Source of the DNA: Mytilus trossulus
Lineage: Eukaryota
Reading direction: 5' to 3'
Length of the DNA stretch: 64,000 nt
Assembly (NCBI RefSeq): GCF_036588685.1
Contig: NC_086381.1
Location: 32,364,001-32,428,000, forward strand
The position numbers and the translations under genes were made by a program. The first letter of the stretch is position 1. Every line of letters starts with the position of its first letter. Shown here piece after piece: positions 1 through 15,700 of this stretch. The notes beneath the pieces were generated by a model. That model was not told where the DNA came from, did no database searches, and was given only the letters and a program-made list of their open reading frames with translations.

Positions 1-3000
1 GGATTAAGCCTGATAACTGAAATTAGACTTTATTTTTTTTGTGTTCAAAGCGGCCAATAACAACCATAAAACACCCACTATCGGCTCCTTTGTTTAGAGG
101 TTAAGTAAGCTTAGTTAAGGACAAATTACAAGATTGATTGACTAAACATTTTCAATTATATTCTATCATATTTTAATGAATACCGACTTACGTAGCGTAC
201 AGTAATTCACAATTTGGAAAAATAAACTAAAACTAGTTTACATCTAATAGACAGTACAATTTGTCAACATATATATGTAATATAATCATAACATTAACAT
301 AATTGCTTAATACTTACACTTTCGAATCGGTTATTTGTTATGACAAAATCAATTCCTCCAAGGAATTTAAAACATATTTGTCACATGACAGACCACAATA
401 ATTAAAGCAAAGTAATTTTTTTTCTGTTTCTAAGGATGAGGAAAATGAAATAAGCAAACATATTTTTCATCACTTGATTTATTATTTTTTGTTGACATAT
501 TTCAAGGTGAGAGGTCACAACTTTACTTACAGCATAACATAAACTTTCCAGTCAAATCCGTCTTTGTACAATTAAAATAATAATAATTAATATGAGTATC
601 CGCAACAAGAATAATCTTTTTCTGCGAAAAAGGGTAGTAAATAAACAATACTAGCTGTATCTTGTTTTTTAATCTGTTAATATGGCTGTTTTTATGATGA
701 TTAATGACATTTGTTTATACTTTTCTATATGTGCGTCTTAAAAAAACACGACAATAAGGGAAAAGTGCATAACCTTCTAATTTTATAAAATTACTACGAA
801 GTCGTATATAGTATATACATTTAATATATTATTTCAATGAGAAGGATGTACTAAAGTCGATGCGTTTATTAAATACCTTTTTTGATTTAATAGTCCCATC
901 TCTAACCTAGAAAAATGTACGTTCTTTATGTTATAAACAAACAAAATAATTTTGTTAGGAGAATTTAAACTTGTACATTTATAAATCCAAAATCCGCATT
1001 TTTTGGCATTTGAATAGGTTGTTGTCATTACACTACGCTACATTGTTTCCAGGGCATTGCCAGATTAATTTAATATACAATACAATTGAGTTATGGGAAT
1101 TCTTTTAATATAATTTTTTCCACTTTTAAATTTTGTTTTTTGTTTTTTGAATATAGAACATGCGCGTATCTATTTAATGTTTAATGAATCAATACCCAAA
1201 TCGTATAAATTGTTATTTTAAAGATACAAAAAACAGCGCTGACGCCTATATTTGAAATAACATCTATGTGTATGGCAGATTTACATATTTTTACCCCTTT
1301 CATAAACGTAGTTTCTTTTATCAATCTTCTTTTTAATTGTTTGAGCGTAAAGCAAACCATAACCGACTAGAGGGATCTTGATTTATTCTTATTTATTGGA
1401 AAATCTGAGGGTTGATAATCACAAAGGCTTAAATAATCTCTGGAGATTTTGCTATTAAAAGGCCATTTTCAAGTCATTTTTTGTTTGTTTACTTCTGCAT
1501 ATAAATGTTTTGCAATTTTGAGTTTAGAACAATCGGTGTTCCTAATCCTTTTTAAATATACTTCACTTTGAAAATGCGTTATATTTTCTTAAATAAACGA
1601 CAAATGACCTGGGATTACTCTCAGATGTGTACGCCGTGTCTATGTGTTCTATGCATGTATATATTATTGAGTACCGTACACTTCCACTATTTGTTTCCGT
1701 CTTATACGTTACGACATTCCATATGTGCCTTTCCCAAATGAGGAGCCTGTTATTTAGTGGTTGTCGCTTGTTAATGTGTTACATATTGGTTTTTCGTTCA
1801 CTCTATTATACATAAATTAGATCGTCTGTTTTTTTTTAAATTGTTTTCCCTTTGTTATTTCGGGGCCTTTTATAGCTGACCATGTGGTATGTGCAGTATA
1901 GCCGTACAGTGATCTATAGTTGGTAATATCTAAGACATACGGTCTCTTATGGAGAGTTGTCTCATTGGCAACCATACCACATGTTCTTATTTTCAAGACC
2001 GAGCTTCATAAGTTCATTCTACCATAGTTTAATCTCTTTTAAAACGAGATTGTCTTTAATATAATGATTAGTCCTTATCATTACTAGGATATATAGATGT
2101 TTAATAAAGGAAAAAGGTGCTCATTGAAGGGAAAAAGTGAAATTTCAGCTATCCGATACCGCTCAAAAACTAGTTTTACAACCAACCTCGAGCTCACCCT
2201 TACAACATGCTGAATGTAAATGTCAATAACAGAACTACATTGCTTGATGGATTGTTGGTTGTTTAATTTCCAATGGCTCAATACATAAACGATAAAGCGA
2301 TAGGCAATTCCATAATACTTTTAAGTTTTGTTGATCAAATACTTCTCTGTGTCGCCCGAATAAGAGAGGCATTCCGGAATGAAAGTCGGGGATATTTGGA
2401 ATAACACTGTAAATTAAAGGTTGTATGCAGTAGGAAATACAATTAAACTTTCAATAGGCCACATACGGACCTTTATTACCAACAGTACAATCCCCAAGGT
2501 TTTCAACTCTCGGACACAATTATTAATGTTAAGCGAACAGCCGTCAACTTGGCAGTTTCTGTAACCAATGTATCCAACAATTAACCAATTCTATGAATAG
2601 GTAGGAACCTACGGTTAAATTATAAGATGACTTCTTCTACTGACTGTGAAATGGAAAACGCTACATGTGGGCTTTAAATACTCTGGATGTCTTATATAGA
2701 TATAAAAAGATGAAGATATGGTACGAGTTCCAATTTGACATCTCTCCATTCAAGTCACAATCTGTAAAACTAAACAATTATAGTAGGCCTTCAACACGGA
2801 GCCTTGGCACTCACTGGACAGCAAGCGCTGTTAAGGGTCGAAAACAATAATTAGTGTAATACCTTTCATACTGGAAAACGAACGGTTTAATCACTGTTAA
2901 AAAGGAGAACAGGAAACACTTTTGAACCACATCAACAAATGACAATTACAAATTACCATATCTCGGGAAATAATGAGGAACATACATTTTACAACGTTCA

Positions 3001-3556
3001 GTGTTCGATCGTAATTAATAGGGCAAAGGAACTTGACAAGAATATACATCCGTAATAAAGAAATCTTTCTTTGGTATATTAGGTTTAACCTTTTTGGGTT
3101 TTGAGCATTTTTGATGAAGGTAATTTTGACGCACGAAACTTTACGAACTATCAGCGCAATTTTCACGCTACATTACTGGGTCGATAATTATACCGGTGGA
3201 TCAGTTAGGTTTTCAGATATATGGTACTCACATGATTTAAAACATGTTTTCCTTCTTCTTACATTGTCTGTTTTTTTTTAGCCCAGGCTGACCTTACATG
3301 AATTTTCTTATTATTGTTATGTCCCTTTTAGCTTCTTATAACATTATGTCTAGTATTTGGCTTTCAATTGTTTAGGGTTTTAACGTTTCTGACGCATGCT
3401 GTTGTCAGCTCTATGGTCGGGTTGTTGTCTCTTTGGCACATTTCCCATTTCCATACTCAATTTATTAAGTATTAATTGCATTTAAGATATGCATTGTTCT
3501 TGTTAATAGCTTAACCATTTGTTGAACTCTTATCACATGTATCAAACGCCATTATA

Positions 3557-4039
3557 TAAATAACACATAGCTGAGAGGGTGATAGAGCAGATTGGTACCC
3601 CGAGAAAACATTCTTTTCGAGGGGTTCCAATCTGCTCTATCACCCTCTCAGCTATGTGTTATTTAATTTATTATACTGAATGTCCTGTCCTGTCATAATT
3701 GGCTTTTACAGATTACTTTTATTTAAAATATTTTGTATGACGTTCATAACAACGTTACGGTCATTAGAAACAGAAGAAAAAAAGTCAAGCAAGATGTTTT
3801 ATTTTATTTATTTTAACAGTCGATAATAAAATCGGAGCCAAAACGTAGAACTCAAGCATTGTATTTAATTCCTTGATGTAAATTCAATTCATTGTTCTAT
3901 GAATTATCGATTTCTGATTGGTCTAGACGAGAGGGTAACATTAAAAAAAAATTGTCACCCGCTCAGCCATGTGATAGAGTAAATTGACACCCTCGTCTTA
4001 GCCAATCAAAATATGGCATTTTAACGTGAAGTATAATAA
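3557..4039. repeat. Palindromic non-autonomous element (long hairpin 3557-3665 plus a TTATTATAC..GTATAATAA-bounded segment)
   Basis: About 45-bp near-perfect inverted arms TAAATAACACATAGCTGAGAGGGTGATAGAGCAGATTGG. Confidence 0.6.
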
Positions 4040-4861
4040 CAATAATTGGTGGATTGTTGTTGATTAGAAGAACCAATACATATTCAATTTGTAATAACGA
4101 CTATCCTGTTTATTTTTTTGTTAATCTTTCCGTCGAGGGGTGTGGCTATTTACAAACTTTTACACATCTTCAGCAACACGACGGATATCATTACTGCTCC
4201 AAATATAGCCTATATCATTCTTTAAAACATCCAATCAGCAACTTTTTTTTTCTACAAAGTTTTTTTTGGAGGGGGACTAAACTCACAAAACGAAAAGAAA
4301 AAGATACACAATAGTCCACGAAACATGACAAAAAAAAAGACGGAGCAACATGAATCCTACCAAAAAGCTGGGTTTATCTGATCCGCTTATTTAGGAACAT
4401 AAAGCATCTGAGGAATTTAAGATACAGCTTCCACCGCATCATTTAGCTGCAGTGGCAATCTCAGTACTTTATTTTATAACAAATCAGACGATAACAATTC
4501 TAAAAAATAATAATTTTTTTCTCATAAAAGAATTATATATTTCGCTACTTATACGATACTCAAGAGCTTATGAGTTCGCTATACGTCATCTGTATTCAAT
4601 CAAAACAATTTGTAGCCGGGATTTCACCAATAGCGTCCATTTGGTTTCATCATAAAGTTCACTGGAATGTACCAATACCTTATATATATTAAATGTCAAC
4701 TTCACACTTAATTCAGTATGGTCTTGAATTGTAGGTTATATGTGATAACGTTGTGTATTATTTCATTTATTTGACAGGTTTCCCTTAAATTTGTACTGGT
4801 AGGATGCTTTTGGTAGTGCCATTATTAAATTAAATTAATTCGGTACATGTACATGTAATAA

Positions 4862-5740
4862 CATTGAAGGTACAAATTTTTCTGCACCAGATGCGCATTT
4901 CCACAATACATGTATCTTCAACCAAATGCTAGTCTATTCATGTAAAATCAAAACGCTCGCCCAGATGTGTATAATCAAAAGCTAGACCAGACCTGTGCAA
5001 CTGAATGCTTTTAAAGATATATACAATTAAAAGCTAGTCCAGCAATATAATCATACCCCAACTACTTATTTTTTTTATGCAGACTAAGTTTAAGGATGAT
5101 GTTGCTGCAAACTACCCTATGTTTTATCCTGAACCTGAGTACAATAAAATAAAATTAACAGTACCAATTTTCTTGCACCAGATGCGCATTTCGACAATAC
5201 ATGTCTCTTCAGTGATGCTCGTGGCCAAAATATTTGAAAGCCAAAGCTTATATAAAAGATGAAGAATTATAATTCAAAAGGTTCTAAAAGTATAGCCAAA
5301 TCCGTAGAGAAATCAGTGCTTTGTATGTAGGAGATACATTCCTTAATTTATAATATTTTCTAACATTTTATAGCAGCAAATTTTAAAAACACAAAAATAT
5401 CAATATTTTCATGACAGTACCAAAGTACTTGCTACTGAGCTGGTGATACCCTAGGGGACTAACAGTCTAGCAGCAGACGCATCGACCCATTGGTAGTAAT
5501 AAAATTAACGGTACAAATTTTCCTGCACCAGATGCACATTTCGACAAAATATGTCTCTGCAGTGATGCTCGAGGCCAAAATATATGAAATCCAAAGCTTA
5601 CATAAAAGATGAAGAGCTATAATCCAAAAGGTCCTAAAAGTATAGCCAAATCTGTGAAGAAATCAGAGCGTTGCATGAGGGCGATGCATTACTTAATTTA
5701 TAATAATTTCTAACATTTTGTAGCAGCAAATTTCAGTAAC
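4862..5740 (-). mobile_element. Non-LTR retrozyme-type tandem repeat with a 350-nt unit
   Basis: Repeated units with hammerhead motifs at 5175 and 5525, exactly 350 nt apart, plus a degenerate partial copy at about 4884. Confidence 0.75.
5175..5218 (-). ncRNA. Minimal type I hammerhead ribozyme
   Basis: Minus strand reads GCAUCA CUGAAGA GAC-AUGUAUU-GUC GAAA UGCGCA UC UGGUGC: intact core, stems I and II, palindromic stem III. Confidence 0.85.
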
Positions 5741-6716
5741 GTGAATCCGTATAAGGGTTTTTAACTTTAACTTTGGACGTTCGGGATGCTGATGGGTTCT
5801 TATATTTATTTTAGACGCCTTATGTTTTCAGTGTTTTTTTTTATATTTGTATACCCTTTATTTATTCTTTTTTACTTAATGTGTATTTGACACATTCTCC
5901 ATTTCCATTCTCAATTCTTTTTAATGGGAAATAAATTATTTTATCCTACAATAATCACAAAAACTTGTTTGTTAGCATCGTTGTCTGATTTATTTGTATG
6001 TTTGTTTGTGTCGCTTTTCCTGGTATTGTTAAATTTATGGTACGTTTATCCTATTTTGACTATTAGTTAAAAAATATTGTCACGTAAACCTATTATTTCG
6101 GTTGCTCACACAAGACTCAAGAGTTTCGTATGTTAGAATCGCTTGTCAATATCTAGGAACTATAAACAGAATTTAATAACAATTGGCATTCGCAAACTTC
6201 AAAACAGGTACAACCTATGTATTGGTATCTGAAAATGTATGTACTGAGTCAAGAATATGACAATTCTTTTACATTTATTATGTTGACTGATATAGTCGAT
6301 CATAATGCTTTGTTTACATTTTTGTAAAAGACTTCCTATTCTTTTTACACTGTTTGAACTCAACTGCATTGTGCCGAACACATTTTCCACTTTCAAGAAC
6401 CAGATTGATACACAACTGAATGTGTGGGATAGACATAAATGTAGTGTTGAAGTTTGCATGTTGATTCCGGTGTTTTTTTTATCCTATACCAAAAATATAA
6501 ACTACAACAGTACACAAAAGAGAAATTGAAAATAGAGAACAAGGCGAAAATAAAACTAACATAAGTACATTACATAATCAGAAAAGTAAATTGAACCTAG
6601 TTAATAATTCATATTTTATTGATATAAAGTAGTTTAAGAAGGAATAACAAAGATATAAACATGTATTCACTGAACAAAATTAAGAATACACTAAAGAAAA
6701 CGGTTCAACATATTTT

Positions 6717-9700
6717 CTACACGTCTATTTTGTTATTATCTCCACAAATTCCTGATGTCGCCTCGTGGTCACAAAATGAAAACTCGGGTAGCTGCGTCAT
6801 ACACGCAGTTGACCGTTTAAAAATATCTTCATGTCTGAATTCGTAACCAAAATGGATATCAACATTACACATCTCTTGACCATCAGATTCCCTGCAAAAA
6901 AAATCAGCCGTTGTGTTAATGTGGTATGGACATCTTAAGTTTATCTCTCATTTTTGCATATGTGTTTTGTCTTTAGACTGTTTACATGCCAGTTATTTTG
7001 CTATGTTGGCATAATTGTTTGTTTTATAGTGATTCAGATTATAACACAATGTTGACTGATGTACATTACTTATAATATATGTTTGTTTCGTTCGCCCATT
7101 GTTGTTAACATGGTTAATATGATGGAATTGTAACCGACTGTCAAACAAGTGAGATGTTTAGCTAGATGTAAGACGCCATCTTAGCGTAAGAGAATGTCTG
7201 TATCAAGTCATGAATATGAAAACTGTTTTTCCATTCATTTGATGTGATCCTTACGTATTGTTTTAGCAATTTGTTATTGAACATTCTGTTTTTGAATTTT
7301 TCTTGGAGTTCGGAATCATTTGTAATATTATTAGTTTTCATAATTGGTGTAAAATAAACAGGTTCATAGATATAGGGAAAAAATATTGAATAGATACGTT
7401 GCATATTTATTCCGAGAAACAGTTTTTAAGTATGGTTCACTTGCTTTTCACCCATGAATCAACAATATCAAAGTAAATATATCAAACGACATTTTTTAGG
7501 GTGCAGCCAGTGAGGCAGGAATACAAACCCTTTCGGAAAACCTTATCAAGTTCAAACACATTGTTGTCCCTATCCATCTGAATTGAACTTTCGTGCTATT
7601 AAGTATTGTCTGATTTTTTCCGGCTATTATCGATCCATTTGCATTAACGCAAACAATACAGTTAGGTTCTGCTACTACATATATAAAGTACTCAATCTTA
7701 CCCGAATAGAATTGGCTTGTTATCTTTATTAATATACAGACACTTTGCAGCCTATAAATAAAAAAATGTACAGTTAATAGATTTTTTATTTTTTTAATAA
7801 TCGCTTTAAAATTTGAGCTTTTTGTATGATGTAATTACAATATAGGATTTACTTTAAATTGATTATTGTTTTTGTATACAGACACACGTAAGACCGCTGG
7901 TTTTCTTGTTTGAATGGTTTTACAAAAATTATGTTGGGGCCTTCTATAGCTTGCTGTTCGGTGTGAGCCAAGACTTTGTGATGTAGACGGTACCTTGACC
8001 TATCATTGTTTACTTTTTACAAATTGTACATTGCGTGGAGATTTGTTTAATTAACACTTATATCAAATTTACTTATATCTATTAACAAAAATCTCATAGT
8101 TGGCTGCTGAAATACAAAAACAAGTGGTCTATTTAGAATAAATGTATGCGTATTGGTCAGTTTCCCTAATCAATGTTATTAGCATATCATATTTCTTACC
8201 AGGACATCTCCATGTCGTACGTCAATTGCCCCTCCAGGTACTGGTAATAACACCTGTAAAAGGTCAAATGTTTCTTATTGAAATAGATAAAACTGTAATA
8301 AATATAGATGAGCTTTACACATATTTTATATATATCACTGAAAGCTAGATCAGAACGTGTCTTGCTTTTAAATATTTGAAATGGTGTAATTATGATTATA
8401 TAAAAAAGAAGATGTGGTATGATTGCCAATGAGACAACTATCCACAAACGACCAAAATGACACAGACATTAACAACTATAGTCCACCGTACGGCCTTCAA
8501 CAATGAGCCAAGCCCATACCGCATAGTCAACTATAAAAGGCCCCCATAAGACAATGTAAAACAATGATGGTTTAAATGCTTATTAAACTTTATATTAAAA
8601 AAAATGTTACGTATTCGTAAGCAAACCTGAATTTTTAATAACCTTATTCCTTTTTTCTTATTCATGAAATTTCATACAGCCTGAATCTACACATATAAAG
8701 CTATGTACGATCGAATGTGCAAATCTTATTTCATTCATATTCAATATGTTGACGTCAGTTTCTCGATATAAATCTAACATTCAGAACTATCGGATATACA
8801 AAAAGTTAAAGCCGCCATAAGGTTTAATATTTTTTTAATGTACCTTAAGAAAACAAAAATCGGTATATCAAGAACTTTATAGTACCAGTTATTCTCTCTT
8901 GTGCAATATCTGTAAAAATGTCTTTCTTTAGTTCGGAATATTGTTTTACTTATATTTGAATGTTTCTGTTTAATTTATTTACCATTTTTTTTCCAAATTC
9001 GGGATGATTTACAGTTTGGCATATTGGACACATGTCTATTGTTCATGTCTGTGTCGTTCTCTCTCTATATATTTTTGTTATTGTTGGCATTATGTTGCAT
9101 ACAAAGCGAAGTTCACCTCACGTTCCCCCCTTATTAATATTGTTTACATTTAGGTTATTCGAATGTTCAATAGAGACGAGAACAAAGTGATAAAATATGC
9201 TTAATTTCAACATTATCTTTGTTACTTTGTGCTTTGAAAGTGATGTCGCATGTGTTCATGTTGTGTTTATGATGATATGACAATCCTGCGTTCTTCTGTC
9301 TTAAATCAGCTGATGAAACTTCTGACTTCCAATTGTAAAATTGAGAATGGAAATTGGGAATGTGTCAACGAGACAACAACCCGACCATAGAAAAAAACAA
9401 CAGCAGAAGGTCGCTAACATGTCTTCAATATAGTGAGAAATTCTCGCACCCGGAGACGTCCTTCAGCTGGCACCTAAAAAAATATATACTTCTTAAGTGA
9501 TAATGAACGCCATACTAATTTGTTGAAGGTTTATTATGAGGTAAAAGATCTAGATTTATATAGGATCCTGAAAGATCTCTTAAAGAACGGAATATTGTGA
9601 GATCCTTGCAAACGGTAGTTTAGTGATATTGGTTTTAATATATCTGTATACACAACTAACCTTAGTTTGGCCTTGTGTTAACTGACTCGCCATTAAGGTC

Positions 9701-12700
9701 CAAGTACCGTTTCGAACTCTATACATTTCAGCCAAATATCCTGTTTAAAATACAATTTTAAAAATAAATTTGCATATAGAAATCACTTCAGAATCTACTA
9801 TATTTTACCATTAATAAGCATAATTCCAGCAATATTGGTTTTACCCTAGACAACAGAATGGACCGGAGTGTATTCTTCAGGTTACTTTAGATAAGAGAAA
9901 ACATGAAGTAACGATAACTGATGTTTCCTTGCATGGTCAAACTTTACAACAAAACGCTACAAATTTGTCTTTTGCTTTATATTTATTGAAATAAACTGAA
10001 TATGTATGATCATTGAAAAGTGTAACATAATGCAAGCTCTACTAATACTTACCATAATGATGTGTATGTAATTGAACAGCAAATGCAACAACATCAGGCT
10101 TACTCCAGCGACAAGCTGTTTCCGCAAAATATCCTACATCAAAATTAATATGCATGTATCTATAATTTATTAATATGTCATAGGTCTTGCTGAAGGGAAT
10201 CAAAAATAGTAAGTTTTTGTGAATGTGCTATACTTCAGTATAAATTATTAGCAGTATAAAATTTCAGAGATGTGGTAGCATTATCAATGAGATAACGAAA
10301 GTTGTAAAGGAAATGGATCGAAATATTACTAAGAGATTATCAACTTCCACAGTTAGAAGAAAAAAGAAGATGTGTTATGATTACTAATGAGACACCTCTA
10401 CAAGAAACCAAAAAGACACATATATAAAAACTATCGATCACTGTTCGACCTTCAACAATGAACAAAGACCATACCGCATTGTTAGCTATAAAATACTGCC
10501 AAATGACAAGTTTTCAACAATTCATTCGTCATATATATGCATATCTTTCCTGTGTGATTATGTTCAAGTAATCGATGTTGACTTATAAGAGGAAAAGCCA
10601 AACAAATTACAAATACATCAACAAAGAGCTCATATCACACTTAAAATAAACTTACAGGTAGAAATAAAATAGAAGCATCATTTTGTTTTAGAGAGCGCAA
10701 AAGCTGTAGGACGCAGCGTATTTCCAAAAAGTAGAACATATACATTTTCAGTCAAGAAAAATTTAAACAAACATTTTCCTTTACATCACGACAAAATTAA
10801 GACGATAGAATAAACGTACCCTTTTCCTTATTGGCGGGAATAAATCCTTCAGTCAACAGTAAATGAGTTTGGTAGTTATATTTGGTGCTGAGTGATAAAA
10901 ATAAAGTGTACATTAGTGTGAAGGAATTATCAACAAGAACAATATTATAAATATTTGTTTCCTACCCTTATCGTTTACCATTAAAAGTGATATTGACAAG
11001 GAACTTTCAGCAATTCTATTTTTCAACATACCATTTACCTCGATACATTATCTATCTATTTTATTAGAAGTTCAAGATAAGAACCACTACTACAAGGGGT
11101 AAAAGTCTGGTCTATTGTTCTTTCGTTTATGTGTTATTCTGGATGTGCTGTTGTTATTCCTTTTTTAATTCGAAATTGAAAGTAATAATTAACGATGTCT
11201 TGTTCATTTCAGCCATCAGTATTATTCAAAATCAAAATAAAGCTGGATTGTACAAAACAAACTTATAATAAGTTAATTTTAAGTAGTAGAATACATCAGA
11301 TGCTCAAGTTAATGAAGATAGTAATATGATATTTGACATATTTGTGTTTTAAGTAATTAAATTACTTACGGAGTTCTGGTAAATGTTAACGTTACATTCA
11401 CTAAGGGATAATGAAAATCTGAAATAAACGTCACAATTAATCAAACATTATTAAATCAAAGATCATTCGCTTTACCGTTAGATATGTGTTATTTCTATTA
11501 ATTAGTGAAGATTAACTCAAATGTTTGTCTATAAAAGGGTACGACCGTAATTACATGTAAACTGTTCGTGTTTACGAAATATTAAACATATGCTTAAAAA
11601 TCATTTGTTTAACTTTATTCGAAATTGACTTATTGATTGATGGAATGATGGATTGGTGTTTTATGTCCGGTGACAAGTATTGATGTTTGTTAAAGATGTG
11701 AACAAATTATATAGGTATCTGTTGTATTAGACATTTGGCATGCCACTTGAAAATCAGTATAGACTGGAAAAAGAAAGAAATTTGGTCGAGCAATAGGCAA
11801 AAGCCGACTAAATGCAACCCTGTGTATCGTAACATGTGTAACGTCCTTATTTAAACAACCGTTTATAGAATTCATTTGCTACTAATAAAGATAACCTTCC
11901 AAAATACAATTGTTCTCCTATTTTTTTTTACTCCAATTAAAACTAGCAAGTAAATGAAAATCACAAAAATACTGAACTCAGAGGAAAATTCAAAAAGAAA
12001 AAATCACTTATCATTAGTACACTATTTTCATTATGGAATATGAAAATAGTACAACAACACTTTTGTATACCTGTCACTGCTGCTTTAGCGTGCATCTCAA
12101 AAGTAATATGCCTCATTAGGGTGGAAAATCCGACTTTAAGTGATACGTCTGAAAAAAAAAGAAAAGCAATATGAATAAAAATAAAGTAACGAATAATTAT
12201 AAAAAATAATTGTATAGTGTTGGCATTTTTGTGTTCAAACAAATCCCTTAATATGCTCGACTACAGTCATATTGGGTCGATGATAATTATAGCTGAATTG
12301 GCTCCAGGCGACGACACATACTAGTTAGGCCTTTTTCAACTGATTTTTTTTTAGTTTGTTCTTATGTTGTATTGTTATACCACTGTTCAAGGTTAGGGGG
12401 ATGGTTAAGATTCTGCTAACAAGTTTTACCCCGCCATATTTAGTATGTATATGTCCTAAGTCAGGAGCCTGCAATTCAGTGGTTGTCGTTTGTTGATGTG
12501 TCACATATTTATTTGTCATTCATTTTGGTGTACATATGTGTAAATAATGCCGTTAGTTTTCTCGTTTTGAATTGTTTTACATTTGTCATTTTGGGGCCTT
12601 TTATAGCTGACAATACGGTATAGGATTTAATTTACATGTACGAAAACACATAAGACTAAAATTAGACTAATACATGACTAATTATTAACTTACTGTGTTA

Positions 12701-15700
12701 ATTGGTATTTAAATACATGTAACATCATATAACCCCTAAACTTAGTAATGTGAGGCGCATGGCCGTTATTTACCTTTAGGAAACGTCATTAAACCATCTT
12801 CAGGTTTGTAGTAGTCATCAAATATCAAAACGCTTACTGCCCCACCTTTGCAATATTTTCTGTTCTCCGTACATTCCCTACAATAATGTTTGAAATATGT
12901 CATAAAGGGTTATTTTTTTGTAATAAGAATCAGTTAACAATCAATATGCATATGTACTTGAATTATTGAGTTTGTAATGATGTCAATGTTTTCTAACCAC
13001 GAAAAGAATATCAAAATTAAATTGTAGTGTTGTAATTATTTTTCGTTTTTTTTCTCTTAAAAAACAGTGTATAAAAAAAAAAAATCCGGCGCATACTAAG
13101 ACTATCTAATGAAAAAAAACGGTATCATTTTTAAAGAATTCTATATAGATATTATTTATATTGAAACTCATTTTATCCATTTTTATTTTATATTAATGTG
13201 CATTGGATGATAGTCATGCAGTAGTTTACATAAGAGGAAACGATGGTTGTCCGTCGGAAGGGGACGATAAATGGCTGACCCGTGTTATTAGAGAGCCATA
13301 TCTCTTGCACGTTTAAGACACCCTTGTAGATTTCGGAAAAGAACAGGCTAATGCCGCTACAAGGCAGCACTCGCACTCGGAAAGTGAAAAGGTATTAATA
13401 TAAGTTTCAAAAAACTTGTTTCCCAATCCACTATAAATAAATATGTTTAAACTTAACTAGTAATTTACAGTTGTCTCTTCTGATCTCAAAATAGTCCTGC
13501 GGAAATCAATACAATTTTACTCATGATAAATCATTTTTTTAGTAGTTAATAAAAAATGTTTTGTTAATTGAATACATATTTTGTTTTTAAAAATGTCCAG
13601 ACTGAAATATCTTACCATGGTCGATGACTTGCATTATCTTCAAGTTCTTCACAAAAACTTAAAGCTGCATGATGTACATATTCATGATTAATTTCAATTA
13701 AGGTGCTCACTGAAAGGTATAAAATCATTTACATAATAGTAATTGAGGTCTGTAATTGAAATTTTGGAGTTTATTTGAATGTATACGGTGACGAAACTTG
13801 GTCTCAAGATGTTAATTTGATGGATAATATAGGACCAACATCAACATTATTTTTCATTCTAAAGCAAAACTAATTTGGCGATCCTTTCAAGTATAGTTGA
13901 CATTAGACAGATTAAATCATTTGCCCGAGAAAGGCCATTTTATGTGTAATCATTAATTTGATAACTGCCATTTTTGTTTAAATTGTTTGCTCGAGAAATC
14001 CCATATCTGGCTACTGACATTATTCTTGGGAATACCAAGTAATTTTCAATAGGAACGTTGCAAGCATCCATATGATTATTTTGAAAAGGTGAACAAATCT
14101 ATTGTATTGAAACTGAAGATGTATTTACTCGTGTCTTCAATGATATGCAGAACGTTATATTTTGACAATAATCAAGGATTTTGGTCATTTTTCCAATATA
14201 TTCTCGGCACCTCATCTATTGATCTAGTACTTACAGACATATACTTCGTCCAGTTCTTCTAAATATCTTGTGTAGCAAAAATATTGGTCGGGCTTCAAAA
14301 AAGGGTTAAATAATACAGTTAATCGTTATAGACGTAGACAGATACCAACGGAATGCAATTCGTTTCACAAAAAAAAACGTTAAGGTGGCTCGTGGGTACA
14401 AAAATTTTAGCAAAAAATTAAACCTTTATTTTGTCATTACAAATTTTATTTATTACACTTTTAGTTGTAACTTTATGATATGGTACAAAAAAACAACCCA
14501 AAAAATGATTTGGTTTGGCCCCAAATGATTTTAAAAATTGAAAAAGCTCCAAATTATCTCCCTTTGGTGCAAAAATGCCATTTTTTGGCCTTAAATTTGA
14601 AATATCTTTTTTAACTCATCGGTGACCTATATTTTTTATTATTATTTTCAAATTAGCTGTACATAAACTACATAATTGTAAAATTTAAGCGATTTCTTAT
14701 ATTAGATTATTTTTTTATTTCGATATTTCCTCTTTTTCTCCTATTAGTTCAACAGAAAAAAAGGACATTAACAAAAATGTATGCTTCTTCCAGAGGCAGA
14801 TTTTAGCTTAAATGAACGGTGACTCCATTTTTTTATTTCATTTTTTTTTTAAAGTATATGATAAAGTTCATTTATGAAAAAATATAGCGAAATCCTATAT
14901 TAGAAAAAAAAACAACATTTATACCCAGGAGCCCCCTTAAATGTACAAAATGTAGTAAGTCTTATCAAAATTTTAATATCATAAGTTATACTATGTGTGT
15001 TTCGCTACTGACCCCCTTCGGACCCAAATAGGGTTAGTAGAATCCCCATGAATTTAATTCACCCTCTATGGATACGTACGGGGTCAGTAGTTAACCTATA
15101 ACGAATTTATCGCACGCTAGACTTTATCTACTGCGTTTTGTTGAAAAATAAACAATGAAACACAACAACATCAATAAATGACGTCACCATTAACTCGTCT
15201 TGAACCCCCTATGAAATTTACTACCCCCTACGGTCTCATATGGTGTCACCACGTGACGGCATTTAACCATGCACAACGTGATAATTTACCCGGGGTGCGA
15301 TAATGTGAAATATGGACCTTAATCGCTAAGTGAATAAAAAAGGCAACAGTAGTATACCGCTGTTCAAAACTCATAAATCCATGGACAAAAAACAAAATCG
15401 GGGTAACAAACTAAAACCGAGGGAAACACATTAAATATAAGAGGAGAACAACGACATAACATTCAAATGTAACACACACAGATGTAAACTGTTATACATA
15501 TTTGAATTTGAAATTTTGAATACATCAAAAGGAAAATATTATATTTGAACTATAAATTTAGACTTTTATTTTTAGCAACGATATTTAATTAAATAAACTC
15601 ATCATAGATACCATAATTGAAATTTTATATTTGCACCTGACGCGCGTTTCGTCTTCAAAAGACGCATCAGTGACGCTCAACTAAAAAAATGTCAAAACGG

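Noticed and set aside
2330-2610. Possible decayed EGF-like exon on the minus strand (GYIGYRNCQVDGC..GDCTVGNKGPY)
   Set aside because: Needs a frameshift and has no supporting exons; too weak to call without a database search.
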